64,000 nucleotides of DNA from Eledone cirrhosa (lineage: Eukaryota). Below the pieces are notes generated by a model, which saw only the letters and a program-made list of their open reading frames with translations, made no database searches and was not told the origin of the DNA. Both the position numbers and the translations under genes were made by a program. Shown piece by piece: positions 53,101 through 64,000 of this stretch. How positions within the stretch are numbered: position 1 is the stretch's first letter; each line of letters starts with the position of its first letter. The stretch is taken from positions 5,456,001-5,520,000 of the forward strand of contig OZ024741.1 of the NCBI GenBank assembly GCA_964016885.1, read 5' to 3'.

Positions 53101-55759
53101 TTATTACAGTGGTCCACTTGAGGCTATTACAGTGGTCCACTTGAGGAGGCCATTACAGTGGTCCACTTGAGGTTATTACAGTGGTTCACTTGAGGAGGCT
53201 ATTACAGCGGTCCACTTGAGGTTATTACAGTGGTCCACTTGAGGAGGTTATTACAGTGGTCCACTTGAGGTTATTACAGTGGTCCACTTGAGGAGGTTAT
53301 TACAGTGGTCCAATTGAGAAGGGTATTACAGTGGTCCACTTGAGGAGGCTATTACAGTGGTCCACTTGAGAAGGTTATTACAGTGGCCCACTTGAGGTTA
53401 TTACAGTGGTCCACTTGAGGATGTTTTTAGAGTTGTCCACTTGAGGAGGTTATTACAGTGGTCCAATTGAGAAGGTTATTACAGTGGTCCACTTGAGGTC
53501 ATTACAGTGGTCCACTTGAGGTGGTTATTACAGCGGTCCACTTGAGGTTATTAAAGTAGTCCAATTGAGGTTATTACAGTGGTCCACTTGAGGTTATTAC
53601 AGTGGTCCACTTGAGGTTATTACAGTGGTCCACATGTAGAGGTTATTACAGTGGTGCACTTCAGGTTATTACAGTGGTCCACATGAGGATTTTATTACAG
53701 TGGTCCACTTGAGGAGGTTATTACAGTGGTCCAGTTGAGGTTATTACAGTGGTACACTAGAGGAGGTTATTACAGTGGTCCACTTGAGGTTATTACAGTG
53801 GTCCACTTGAGGAGGTTATTACAGTGGTCCACTTGAGGTTATTACAGTGGTCCACTTGAGGAGGCTATTACAGTGGACAACTTGAGGTTATTACAGTGGT
53901 CCACTTGAGGAGGTTATTACAGTGGTCCACTTGAGGTTATTACAGTGGTCCACTTGAGGAGGTTATTACAGTGGTCCAATTGAGGAGGTTATTACAGTGG
54001 TCCACTTGAGGTTATTACAGTGGGCCACTAGAGGAGGTTATTACAGTGGTCCACTTGAGGTTATTACAGTGGTCCACTTGAGGAGGCTATTACAGTGGTC
54101 CACTTGAGGAGGTTATTACAGTGGTCCACTTGAGGAGGTTATTACAGTAGTCCACTTGAGGTGGTTATTACAGTGGTCCACTTGAGGTGGTTATTACAGT
54201 GGTCCACTTGAGGAGGCTATTACAGTGGTCCACTTGAGGAGGTTATTACAGTGGTCCACTTGAGGTTATTACAGTGGTCCACTTGAGGTTATTATAGTGG
54301 TTCACTTGAGGAGGCTATTACAGTGGTCCACTTGAGGTTATTACAGTGGTCCACTTGAGGAGGCTATTAAAGTGGTCCACTTGAGGTTATTACAGTGATC
54401 CACTTGAGGAGGCTATTACAGTGGTCCACTTGAGGTTATTTCAGTGATCCACTTGAGGAGGTTATTACAGTGGTCCACTTGAGGTTATTACAGTGGTCCA
54501 CTTGAGGTTATTACAGTGGTCCACTTGAGGGGGCTATTACAGTGGTCCACTTGAGAAGGTTATTACAGTGGTCAAGTTGAGGTTATTACAGTGGTCCCCT
54601 TGAGGAGGCTATTACAGTGGTCCACTTGAGAAGGCTATTACAGTGGTCCACTTGAGAAGGTTATTACAGTGGTCCACTTGAGGTTATTACAGTGGACCAT
54701 TTGAGGAGGTTATTATAGTGCTCCACTTGAGGAGGTTATTACAGTGGTCCACTTGAGGAGGTTATTACAGTGGTCCACTTGAGGAGGTTATTACAGTGGT
54801 CCACTTGAGGAGGTTATTACAGTGGTCCACTTGAGGTGGCTATTACAGTGGTTCACTTGAGGTTATTACATTGGTCCAATTGAGGAGGTTATTACAGTGG
54901 TCCACTTGAGGTTATTACAGTGGTCCAATTGAGGAGGTTATTACAGTGGTCCACTTGAGGAGGCTATTACAGTGGTCCACTTGAGGTTATTACAGTGGTC
55001 CACTTGAGGAGGTTAATACAGTGGTCCACTTGAGTTTATTACAGTGGTCCACTTGAGGAGGCTATTACAGTGGTCCACTTGAGGAGGTTATTACAGTGGT
55101 CCACTTGAGGTTATTACAGTGGTCCACTTGTGGAGGCTATTACAGTGGTCCACTTGAGGTTATTACAGTGGTCCACTTGAGGAGGTTATTACAGTGGTCC
55201 ACTTGAGGTTATTACAGTGGTCCACTTGAGGAGGCTATTACAGTGGTCCATTTGAGGTTATTACAGTGGTCCACTTGAGGAGGTTATTACAGTGGTCCAC
55301 TTGAGGTTATTACAGTGGTCCACTTGAGGTTATTACAGTTGTCCACTTGATGTTATTACAGTGGTCCACTTGAGGAGGCTATTACAGTGGTCCACTTGAG
55401 GTTATTACAGTGATCCACTTGAGGAGGTTATTACAGTGGTCCATTTGAGGTTATTACAGTGATCCACTTGAGGTTATTACAGTGGTCCACTTGAGGAGGC
55501 TATTACAGTGGTCCACTTGAGGTTATTACAGTTGTCCACTTGAGGAAGCTATTACAGTGGTCCACTTGAGGTTATTACAGTGGTCCACTTGAGGAGGCTA
55601 TTAGAGTGGTCCACTTGAGGTTATTACAGTGGTCCACTTCAGGTTATTACAGTGGTCCACTTGAGGAGGCTATTACAGTGGTCCACTTGATGTTATTACA
55701 GTGGTCCACTTGTGGAGGTTATTACAGTGGTCCACTTGAGGTTATTACAGTGGTCGACT

Positions 55760-58700
55760 TGAGGTTATTACAGTGGTCCACTTGTGGAGGTTATTACAAT
55801 GGTCCACTTGAGGAGGTTATTACAGTGGTCCACTTGAGGTTATTACAGTGGTCCACTTGAGGAGGTTATTACAGTGGTCCACTTGAGGTTATTACAGTGG
55901 TCCACTTGAGGATTTTATTACAGTGGTCCACTTGAGGTTATTACAATGGTCCACATGAGGATTTTATTACAGTGTTCCACTTGAGGAGGTTATTACAGTG
56001 GTCCACTTGAGGAGGTTATTACAGTGGTCCACTTGAGATTATTACAGTGGTCCACTTGAGGTTATTACAGTGGTCCACTTGAGGTGGCTATTAAAGTGGT
56101 CCACTTGTGGACGTTATTACAGTGGTCCACTTGAGGTTATTACAGTGGTCCACTTGAGGTGGCTATTACAGTGGTCCACTTGAGGAGGCTATTACAGTGG
56201 TCCACTTGAGGAGGTTATTACAGTGGTCCACTTGAGGAGGTTATTACAGTGGTCCACTTGAGGTTATTACAGTGGTCCAATTGAGGAGGTTATTACAGTG
56301 GTCCACTTGAGGAGGTTATTACAGTGGTCCACTTGAGGTTATTACAGTGTTCCACTTGAGGTGGTTACTACAGTGGTCCACTTGAGGAGGTTATTACAGT
56401 GGTCCACTTGAGGTTATTACAGTGGTCCACTTGAGGAGGCTATTACAGTGGTCCACTTAAGGTTATTACAGTGGTCCACTTGAGGAGGTTATTACAGTGG
56501 CCCAGTTGAGGAGGTTATTACAGTGGTCCACTTGAGGCTATTACAGTGGTCCACTTGAGGAGGCCATTACAGTGGTCCACTTGAGGTTATTACAGTGGTC
56601 CACTTGAGGAGGCTATTACAGCGGTCCAATTGAGGTTATTACAGTGGTCCACTTGAGGAGGTTATTACAGTGGTCCACTTGAGGTTATTACAGTGGTCCA
56701 CTTGAGGAGGCTATTACAGTGGTCCACTTGAGAAGGTTATTACAGTGGCCCACTTGAGGTTATTACAGTGGTCCACTTGAGGATGTTTTTAGAGTTGTCA
56801 ACTTGAGGAGGTTATTACAGTGGTCCAATTGAGAAGGGTATTACAGTGGTCCACTTGAGGAGGCTATTACAGTGGTCCACTTGAGAAGGTCATTACAGTG
56901 GCCCACTTGAGGTTATTACAGTGGTCCACTTGAGGATGTTTTTAGAGTTGTCCACTTGAGGAGGTTATTACAGTGGTCCAATTGATAAGGTTATTACAGT
57001 GGTCCACTTGAGGTCATTACAGTGGTCCACTTGAGGTGGTTATTACAGCGGTCCACTTGAGGTTATTAAAGTAGTCCAATTGAGGTTATTACAGTGGTCC
57101 ACTTGAGGTTATTCCAGTGGTCCACTTGAGGAGGTTATTACAGTGGTCCACTTGAGGTTATTACAGTGGTCCACTTGAGGTTATTACAGTGGTCCACTTG
57201 TAGGGGTTATTACAGTGGTGCACTTCAGGTTATTACAGTGGTCCACATGAGGATTTTATTACAGTGGTCCACTTGAGGTGGCTATTACAGTGGTCCACTT
57301 GAGGAGGTTATTACAGTGGTCCACTTGAGGTTATTACAGTGGTCCACTTGAGGTTATTACAGTGGTCCACTTGAGAAGGTTATTACAGTGGTCCACTTGA
57401 GGAGGTTATTACAATGGTCCACTTGGGGAGGTTATTACAGTGGTCCTCTTGAGGAGGCTATTACAGTGGTCCACTTGAGGTTATTACAGTGGTCCACTTG
57501 AGGAGGTTATTACAGTGGTCCACTTGAGGAGGCTATTACAGTGGTCCACTTGAGGTTATTACAGTGGTCCACTTGAGGAGGTTATTACAGTGGTCCACTT
57601 GAGGAGGTTATTACAGTGGTCCACTTGAGGTTAATACAGAGGTCCACTTGAGGAGGTTATTACAGTGGTCCACTTGAGGTTATTACAGTGGTCCATTTGA
57701 GGAGGTTATTACAGTGGTCCACTTGAGGAGGTTATTACAGTGGTCCACTTGAGGTTATTACAGTGGTCCACTTGTAGAGGTTATTACAGTGGTGCACTTC
57801 AGGTTATTACAGTGGTCCACATGAGGATTTTATTACAGTGGTCCACTTGAGGTAGCTATTACAGTGGTCCACTTGAGGAGGTTATTACAGTGGTCCACTT
57901 TAGGTTATTACAGTGGTCCACCTGAGGTTATTACAGTGGTCCACTTGAGGAGGTTATTACAGTGGTCCACTTCAGGTTATTACAGTGGTGCACTTGAGGA
58001 GCCTATTACAGTGGTCCACTTGAGGTTATTAAAGTGGTCCACTTGAGGAGGTTATTACAGTGGTACATTTTAGGTGGCTATTACAGTGGTCCACTTGAGG
58101 AGGTTATTACAGTGGTCCACTTGAGGAGGTTATTACAGTGGTCCACTTGAGGAGGTTATTACAGTGGTCCACTTGAGGTTATTACAGTGGTCCACGTGAG
58201 GAGGCTATTACAGTGGTCCACTTGAGGTGGCTATTACAGTGGTCCACTTGACGAGGTTATTACGGTGGTCCACTTGAGGAGGCTATTACAGTGGTCCACT
58301 TGAGGAGGCTATTACAGAGGTCCACTTGAGGTGGCTATTACAGTGGTCCACTTGAGGTTATTACAGTGGTCCACTTGAGGAGGTTATTACAGTGGTCCAC
58401 TTGAGGTTATTACAGTGGTCCACGTGAGGAGGCTATTACAGTGGTCCACTTGAGGAGGCTATTACAGTGGTCCACTTGAGGAGGCTATTACAGTGGTCCA
58501 CTTGAGGTTATTACAGTGGTCCACTTGAGTAGGCTATTACAGAGGTCCACTTGAGGTTATTACAGTGGTCCACTTGAGGTTATTACAGTGGTCTTCTTGA
58601 TGTTATTACAGTGGTCCACTTGAAGTTATTACAGTGGTCCACTTGAGGAGGCTATTACAGAGGTCCACTTGAGATTATTACAGTGGTCCACTTGAGGAGG

Positions 58701-58880
58701 TTATTACAGTGGTCCACTTAAGGAGGTTATTACAGTGGTCCACTTGAGGAGACTATTACAGTGGTTCACTTGAGGAGGTTATTACAGTGGTCCACTTGAG
58801 GAGGTTATTACAGTGGTCCACTTGAGGTTATTACAGTGGTCCAATTGAGGAGGTTATTACAGTGGTCCACTTGAGGAGGC
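55760..58880 (+). repeat. Distant copy of block ~8040-11220 (offset ~47.7 kb)
   Basis: Rare GGACGTT variant at 8392/56109 (+47,717). The following variants occur in the same order (CCCAGTT, GGCCATT, paired GATGTTTTTAGAG, ORF block 10196/57864, GAGTAGGCT). Confidence 0.85.
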
Positions 58881-59099
58881 TATTACAGTGGTCCATTTGA
58901 GGTTATTACAGTGGTCCACTTGAGGAGGTTATTACAGTGGTCCACTTGAGGTTATTACAGTGGTCCACTTGAGGTTATTACAGTTGTCCACTTGAGGTTA
59001 TTACAGTGGTCCACTTGAGGAGGCTATTACAGTGGTCCACTTGAGGTTATTACAGTGATCCACTTGAGGAGGTTATTACAGTGGTCCACTTGAGGTTAT

Positions 59100-62000
59100 T
59101 ACAGTGGTCCACTTGAGGTTATTACAGTTGTCCACTTGAGGAGGCTATTACAGTGGTCCACTTGAGGTTATTACAGTGGTCCACTTGAGGAAGCTATTAC
59201 AGTGGTCCACTTGAGGTTATTACAGTGGTCCACTTGAGGAGGCTATTACAGTGGTCCACTTGAGGTTATTACAGTGGTCCACTTGAGGAGGTTATTACAG
59301 TGGTCCACTTGAGGAGGCTAGTACAGTGGTCCACTTGAGGTTATTACAGTGGTCCACTTGAGGAGGTTATTACAGTGGTCCACTTGAGGAGGTTATTACA
59401 GTGGTCCACTTGAGGTTAATACAGAGGTCCACTTGAGGAGGTTATTACAGTGGTCCATTTGAGGAGGTTATTACAGTGGTCCACTTGAGGAGGTTATTAC
59501 AGTGGTCCACTTGAGGTTATTACAGTGGTCCACTTCAGGAGGCTATTACAGTGGTCCACTTGAAGAGGCTATTACAGTGGTCCACTTGAGAAGGTTATTA
59601 CAGTGGTCCTCTTGAGGTTATTACAGTGGTCCACTTGAGGAGGCTATTAGAGTGGTCCACTTGAGGAGGTTATTACAGTGGTCCACTTGAGAAGGTTATT
59701 ACAGTGGTTCACTTGAGGTTATTACAGTGGTCAACTTGAGGAGGCTATTACAGTGGTCCACTTGAGGTGGTTATTACAGCGGTCCACTTGAGGTTATTAC
59801 AGTGGTCCACTTGAGGCTATTACAGTGGTCCACTTGCGGAGGCTATTACAGAGGTCCACTTGAGGAGGTTATTATAGGGGTCCACTTGAGGTGGTTATTA
59901 CAGTGGTCCACTTGAGAAGGTTATTACGGTGGTCCAGTTTAGGTTATTACAGTGGTCCACTTGTGGAGGTTATTACAGTGGTCAACTTGAGGTTATTACA
60001 GTGGTCCACTTGAGGAGGTTATTACAGTGGTCCACTTGAAGAGGTTATTACAGTGGTCCACTTGAGGTTATTACAGTGGTCCACTTGAGGAGGTTATTAC
60101 AGTGGTCCACTTCAGGTTATTACAGTGGTCCACTTGAGGTGGCTATTACAGTGGTCCACTTGAGGAGGCTATTACAGTGGTCCACTTGAGGAGGTTATTA
60201 CAGTGGTCCACTTGAGGAGGTTATTACAGTGGTCCACTTGAGGTGGCTATTACAGTGGTTCACTTGAGGTTATTACAGTGGTCCAATTGAGGAGGTTATT
60301 ACAGTGGTCCACTTGAGGTTATTACAGTGGTCCAATTGAGGAGGTTATTACAGTGGTCCACTTGAGGAGGTTATTACAGTGGTCCACTTGAGGTTATTAC
60401 AGTCTTCCACTTGAGGTGGTTACTACAGTGGTCCACTTGAGGAGGTTATTACAGTGGTCCACTTGAGGTTATTACAGTGGTCCACTTGAGGACGCTATTA
60501 CAGTGGTCCACTTAAGGTTATTACAGTGGTCCACTTGAGGAGGTTATTACAGTGGTCCACTTGAGGCTATTACAGTGGTCCACTTGAGGAGGCCATTACA
60601 GTGGTCCACTTGAGGTTATTACAGTGGTCCACTTGAGGAGGCTATTACAGCGGTCCACTTGAGGTTATTACAGTGGTCCACTTGAGGTTATTACAGTGGT
60701 CCACTTGAGGAGGCTATTACAGTGGTCCACTTGAGAAGGTTATTACAGTGGCCCACTTGAGGTTATAACAGTGGTCCACTTGAGGATGTTTTTAGAGTTG
60801 TCCACTTGAGGAGGTTATTACAGTGGTCCAATTGAGAAGGGTATTACAGTGGTCCACTTGAGGAGGCTATTACAGTGGTCCACTTGAGAAGGTCATTACA
60901 GTGGCCCACTTGAGGTTATTACAGTGGTCCACTTGAGGATGTTTTTAGAGTTGTCCACTTGAGGAGGTTATTACAGTGGTCCAATTGAGAAGGTTATTAC
61001 AGTGGTCCACTTGAGGTCATTACAGTGGTCCACTTGAGGTGGTTATTACAGCGGTCCACTTGAGGTTATTAAAGTAGTCCAATTGAGGTTATTACAGTGG
61101 TCCACTTGAGGTTATTCCAGTGGTCCACTTGAGGAGGTTATTACAGTGGTCCACTTGAGGTTATTACAGTGGTCCACTTGAGGTTATTACAGTGGTCCAC
61201 TTGTAGGGGTTATTACAGTGGTGCACATCAGGTTATTACAGTGGTCCACATGAGGTGGCTATTACAGTGGTCCACTTGAGGAGGTTATTACAGTGGTCCA
61301 CTTGAGGTTATTACAGTGGTCCACTTGAGGTTATTACAGTGGTCCACTTGAGAAGGTTATTACAGTGGTCCACTTGAGGAGGTTATTACAATGGTCCACT
61401 TGGGGAGGTTATTACAGTGGTCCACATGAGGTGGCTATTACAGTGGTCCACTTGAGGAGGTTATTACAGTGGTCCACTTGAGGTTATTACAGTGGTCCAC
61501 TTGAGGTTATTACAGTGGTCCACTTGAGAAGGTTATTACAGTGGTCCACTTGAGGAGGTCATTACAGTGGTCCACTTGAGGTGGTTATTACAGCGGTCCA
61601 ATTGAGGTTATTAAAGTAGTCCAATTGAGGTTATTACAGTGGTCCACTTGAGGTTATTCCAGTGGTCCACTTGAGGAGGTTATTACAGTGGTCCACTTGA
61701 GGTTATTACAGTGGTCCACTTGAGGTTATTACAGTGGTCCACTTGTAGGGGTTATTACAGTGGTGCACATCAGGTTATTACAGTGGTCCACATGAGGTGG
61801 CTATTACAGTGGTCCACTTGAGGAGGTTATTACAGTGGTCCACTTGAGGTTATTACAGTGGTCCACTTGAGGTTATTACAGTGGTCCACTTGAGAAGGTT
61901 ATTACAGTGGTCCACTTGAGGAGGTTATTACAATGGTCCACTTGGGGAGGTTATTACAGTGGTCCTCTTGAGGAGGCTATTACAGTGGTCCACTTGATGT

Positions 62001-62790
62001 TATTACAGTCGTCCACTTGAGGAGGTTATTACAGTGGTCCACTTGAGGAGGCTATTACAGTGGTCCACTTGAGGTTATTACAGTGGTCCACTTGAGGAGG
62101 TTATTACAGTGGTCCACTTGAGGAGGTTATTACAGTGGTCCACTTGAGGTTAATACAGAGGTCCACTTGAGGAGGTTATTACAGTGGTCCACTTGAGGTT
62201 ATTACAGTGGTCCATTTGAGGAGGTTATTACAGTGGTCCACTTGAGGAGGTTATTACAGTGGTCCACTTGAGGTTATTACAGTGGTCCACTTGTAGAGGT
62301 TATTACAGTGGTGCACTTCAGGTTATTACAGTGATCCACATGAGGATTTTATTACAGTGGTCCACTTGAGGTAGCTATTACAGTGGTCCACTTGAGGAGG
62401 TTATTACAGTGGTCCACTTTAGGTTATTACAGTGGTCCACCTGAGGTTATTACAGTGGTCCACTTGAGGAGGTTATTACAGTGGTCCACTTCAGGTTATT
62501 ACAGTGGTGCACTTGAGGAGCCTATTACAGTGGTCCACTTGAGGTTATTAAAGTGGTCCACTTGAGGAGGTTATTAGAGTGGTATATTTTAGGTGGCTAT
62601 TACAGTGGTCCACTTGAGGAGGTTATTACAGTGGTCCACTTGAGGAGGTTATTACAGTGGTCCACTTGAGGAGGTTATTACAGTGGTCCACTTGAGGTTA
62701 TTACAGTGGTCCACGTGAGGAGGCTATTACAGTGGTCCACTTGAGGTGGCTATTACAGTGGTCCACTTGACGAGGTTATTACGGTGGTCC
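59100..62790 (+). repeat. Distant copy of block ~1170-4630 (offset 57,906, then 58,148 after a 242-bp indel)
   Basis: CGGAGGCT 1931/59837; GACGCT 2585/60491; GTAGGGG..GCACATC 3055/61203 and 3597/61745; ORF block 4235/62383. Confidence 0.88.
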
Positions 62791-64000
62791 ACTTGAGGTT
62801 TTTACAGTGGTCCACTTGAGGTTATTACAGTGGTCCACTTGAGGAGGCTATTACAGTGGTCCACTTGATGTTATTACAGTTGTCCACTTGAGGAAGCTAT
62901 TACAGTGGTCCACTTGAGGTTATTACAGTGGTCCACTTGAGGAGGCTATTACAGTTGTCCACTTGATGTTATTACAGTGGTCCACTTGTGGAGGTTATTA
63001 CAGTGGTCCACTTGAGGTTTTTACAGTGGTCCACTTGAGGTTATTACAGTGGTCCACTTGAGGAGGCTATTACAGTGGTCCACTTGATGTTATTACAGTT
63101 GTCCACTTGAGGAAGCTATTACAGTGGTCCACTTGAGGTTATTACAGTGGTCCACTTGAGGAGGCTATTACAGTGGTCCACTTGAGGTTATTACAGTGGT
63201 CCACTTGAGGAGGCTATTACAGTTGTCCACTTGATGTTATTACAGTGGTCCACTTGTGGAGGTTATTACAGTGGTCCACTTGAGGTTATTACAGTGGTCG
63301 ACTTGAGCTTATTACAGTGGTCCACTTGAGGGGGCTATTACAGTGGTCCACTTGAGGAGGTTATTACAGTGGTCCACTTGAGGTTATTACAGTGGTCCAC
63401 GTGAGGTTATTACAGTGGTCCACGTGAGGAGGCTATTACAGTGGTCCACTTGAGGTGGCTATTACAGTGGTCCACTTGACGAGGTTATTACGGTGGTCCA
63501 CTTGAGGTTTTTACAGTGGTCCACTTGAGGTTATTACAGTGGTCCACTTGAGGAGGCTATTACAGTGGTCCACTTGATGTTATTACAGTTGTCCACTTGA
63601 GGAAGCTATTACAGTGGTCCACTTGAGGTTATTACAGTGGTCCACTTGAGGAGGCTATTACAGTTGTCCACTTGATGTTATTACAGTGGTCCACTTGTGG
63701 AGGTTATTACAGTGGTCCACTTGAGGTTTTTACAGTGGTCCACTTGAGGTTATTACAGTGGTCCACTTGAGGAGGCTATTACAGTGGTCCACTTGATGTT
63801 ATTACAGTTGTCCACTTGAGGAAGCTATTACAGTGGTCCACTTGAGGTTATTACAGTGGTCCACTTGAGGAGGCTATTACAGTGGTCCACTTGAGGTTAT
63901 TACAGTGGTCCACTTGAGGAGGCTATTACAGTTGTCCACTTGATGTTATTACAGTGGTCCACTTGTGGAGGTTATTACAGTGGTCCACTTGAGGTTATTA
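62700..64000 (+). repeat. Local nested duplications: 219-bp unit inside a 709-bp unit
   Basis: GGTTTTTACA at 62797, 63016, 63506, 63725 (+219, and +709 between pairs); GACGAGG at 62769/63478 (+709). Confidence 0.88.

Larger units (their letters stand above)
1..64000 (+). repeat. Tandem satellite/minisatellite array of mixed 23-bp and 26-bp monomers, head-to-tail, running off both window ends
   Basis: Consensus GAGGTTATTACAGTGGTCCACTT (23 bp) and GAGGAGGYTATTACAGTGGTCCACTT (26 bp) recur on every line with only scattered substitutions. I saw no inverted monomer (AAGTGGACCACTGTAATAACCTC) and no non-repeat insert. Confidence 0.99.

Noticed and set aside
67-62565. The 13 ORFs of 60-86 aa in the ORF track
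   Set aside because: They are translations of the satellite starting at GTG, open only where two or three successive in-frame TGA codons are mutated (TTA, TCA, TGT, TGG). They recur because the DNA block is duplicated, and equivalent blocks at ~13220, ~26620 and ~38765 lack the ORF through one base change.
1-64000. CRISPR array (23-26 bp partly palindromic repeat)
   Set aside because: The repeats are directly adjacent with no unique spacers, and there is no leader or cas gene.
1-64000. Telomerase-made long telomeric repeat (yeast-like 23-26 bp unit, G/T-rich strand, TGAGGTTA resembling TTAGG)
   Set aside because: It matches no telomere motif I recognise. Multi-kb exact copying of variant patterns points to recombinational amplification, not templated de novo addition. 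A subtelomeric location cannot be excluded.
1-64000. Rolling-circle or reverse-transcriptase concatemer (e.g. DRT2/Neo-like cDNA, RCA artefact) or synthetic data-encoding array
   Set aside because: A single short template would give independent random errors. Here variants are inherited in nested, hierarchical blocks with lineage structure, and no RT or ncRNA locus is present.
1-64000. Embedded transposon, inversion or unique island
   Set aside because: On reading through I found no interruption or strand switch; the most divergent spots are still alignable monomers. A very short insert could have been missed by eye.
1-64000. Assignment to a named satellite family, species or centromere
   Set aside because: I do not recognise the monomer and cannot run a search. 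BLASTN, Dfam or Repbase comparison plus CENP-A or FISH data would be needed.

Overview
The whole 64 kb window is one uninterrupted, single-orientation tandem array (satellite/minisatellite DNA, most plausibly eukaryotic; I cannot identify the organism or a named family). It is built from two monomer lengths: 23 bp GAGGTTATTACAGTGGTCCACTT and 26 bp GAGGAGG(T/C)TATTACAGTGGTCCACTT, roughly 2,600 monomers estimated from length. Each monomer has an interrupted palindrome AGTGG-T-CCACT. I see no unique sequence, credible gene, RNA gene, transposon or CRISPR spacer. All listed ORFs are chance read-throughs where the single TGA of the monomer is mutated. The informative signal is the pattern of rare variant monomers, which reveals nested higher-order duplications. 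Two near-identical giant tandem duplications (periods 13,396/13,419 bp and 12,147 bp) overlap, so a ~9.6 kb block is present three times. There are also 3,027, ~2,440, 4,168, 709, 542, 505, 349 and 219 bp duplications and long-range block matches at offsets of ~47.7 and ~58 kb. Offsets were measured by eye from marker variants; block boundaries are approximate (about +/-50-100 bp). I found no evidence for a novel protein-coding system.
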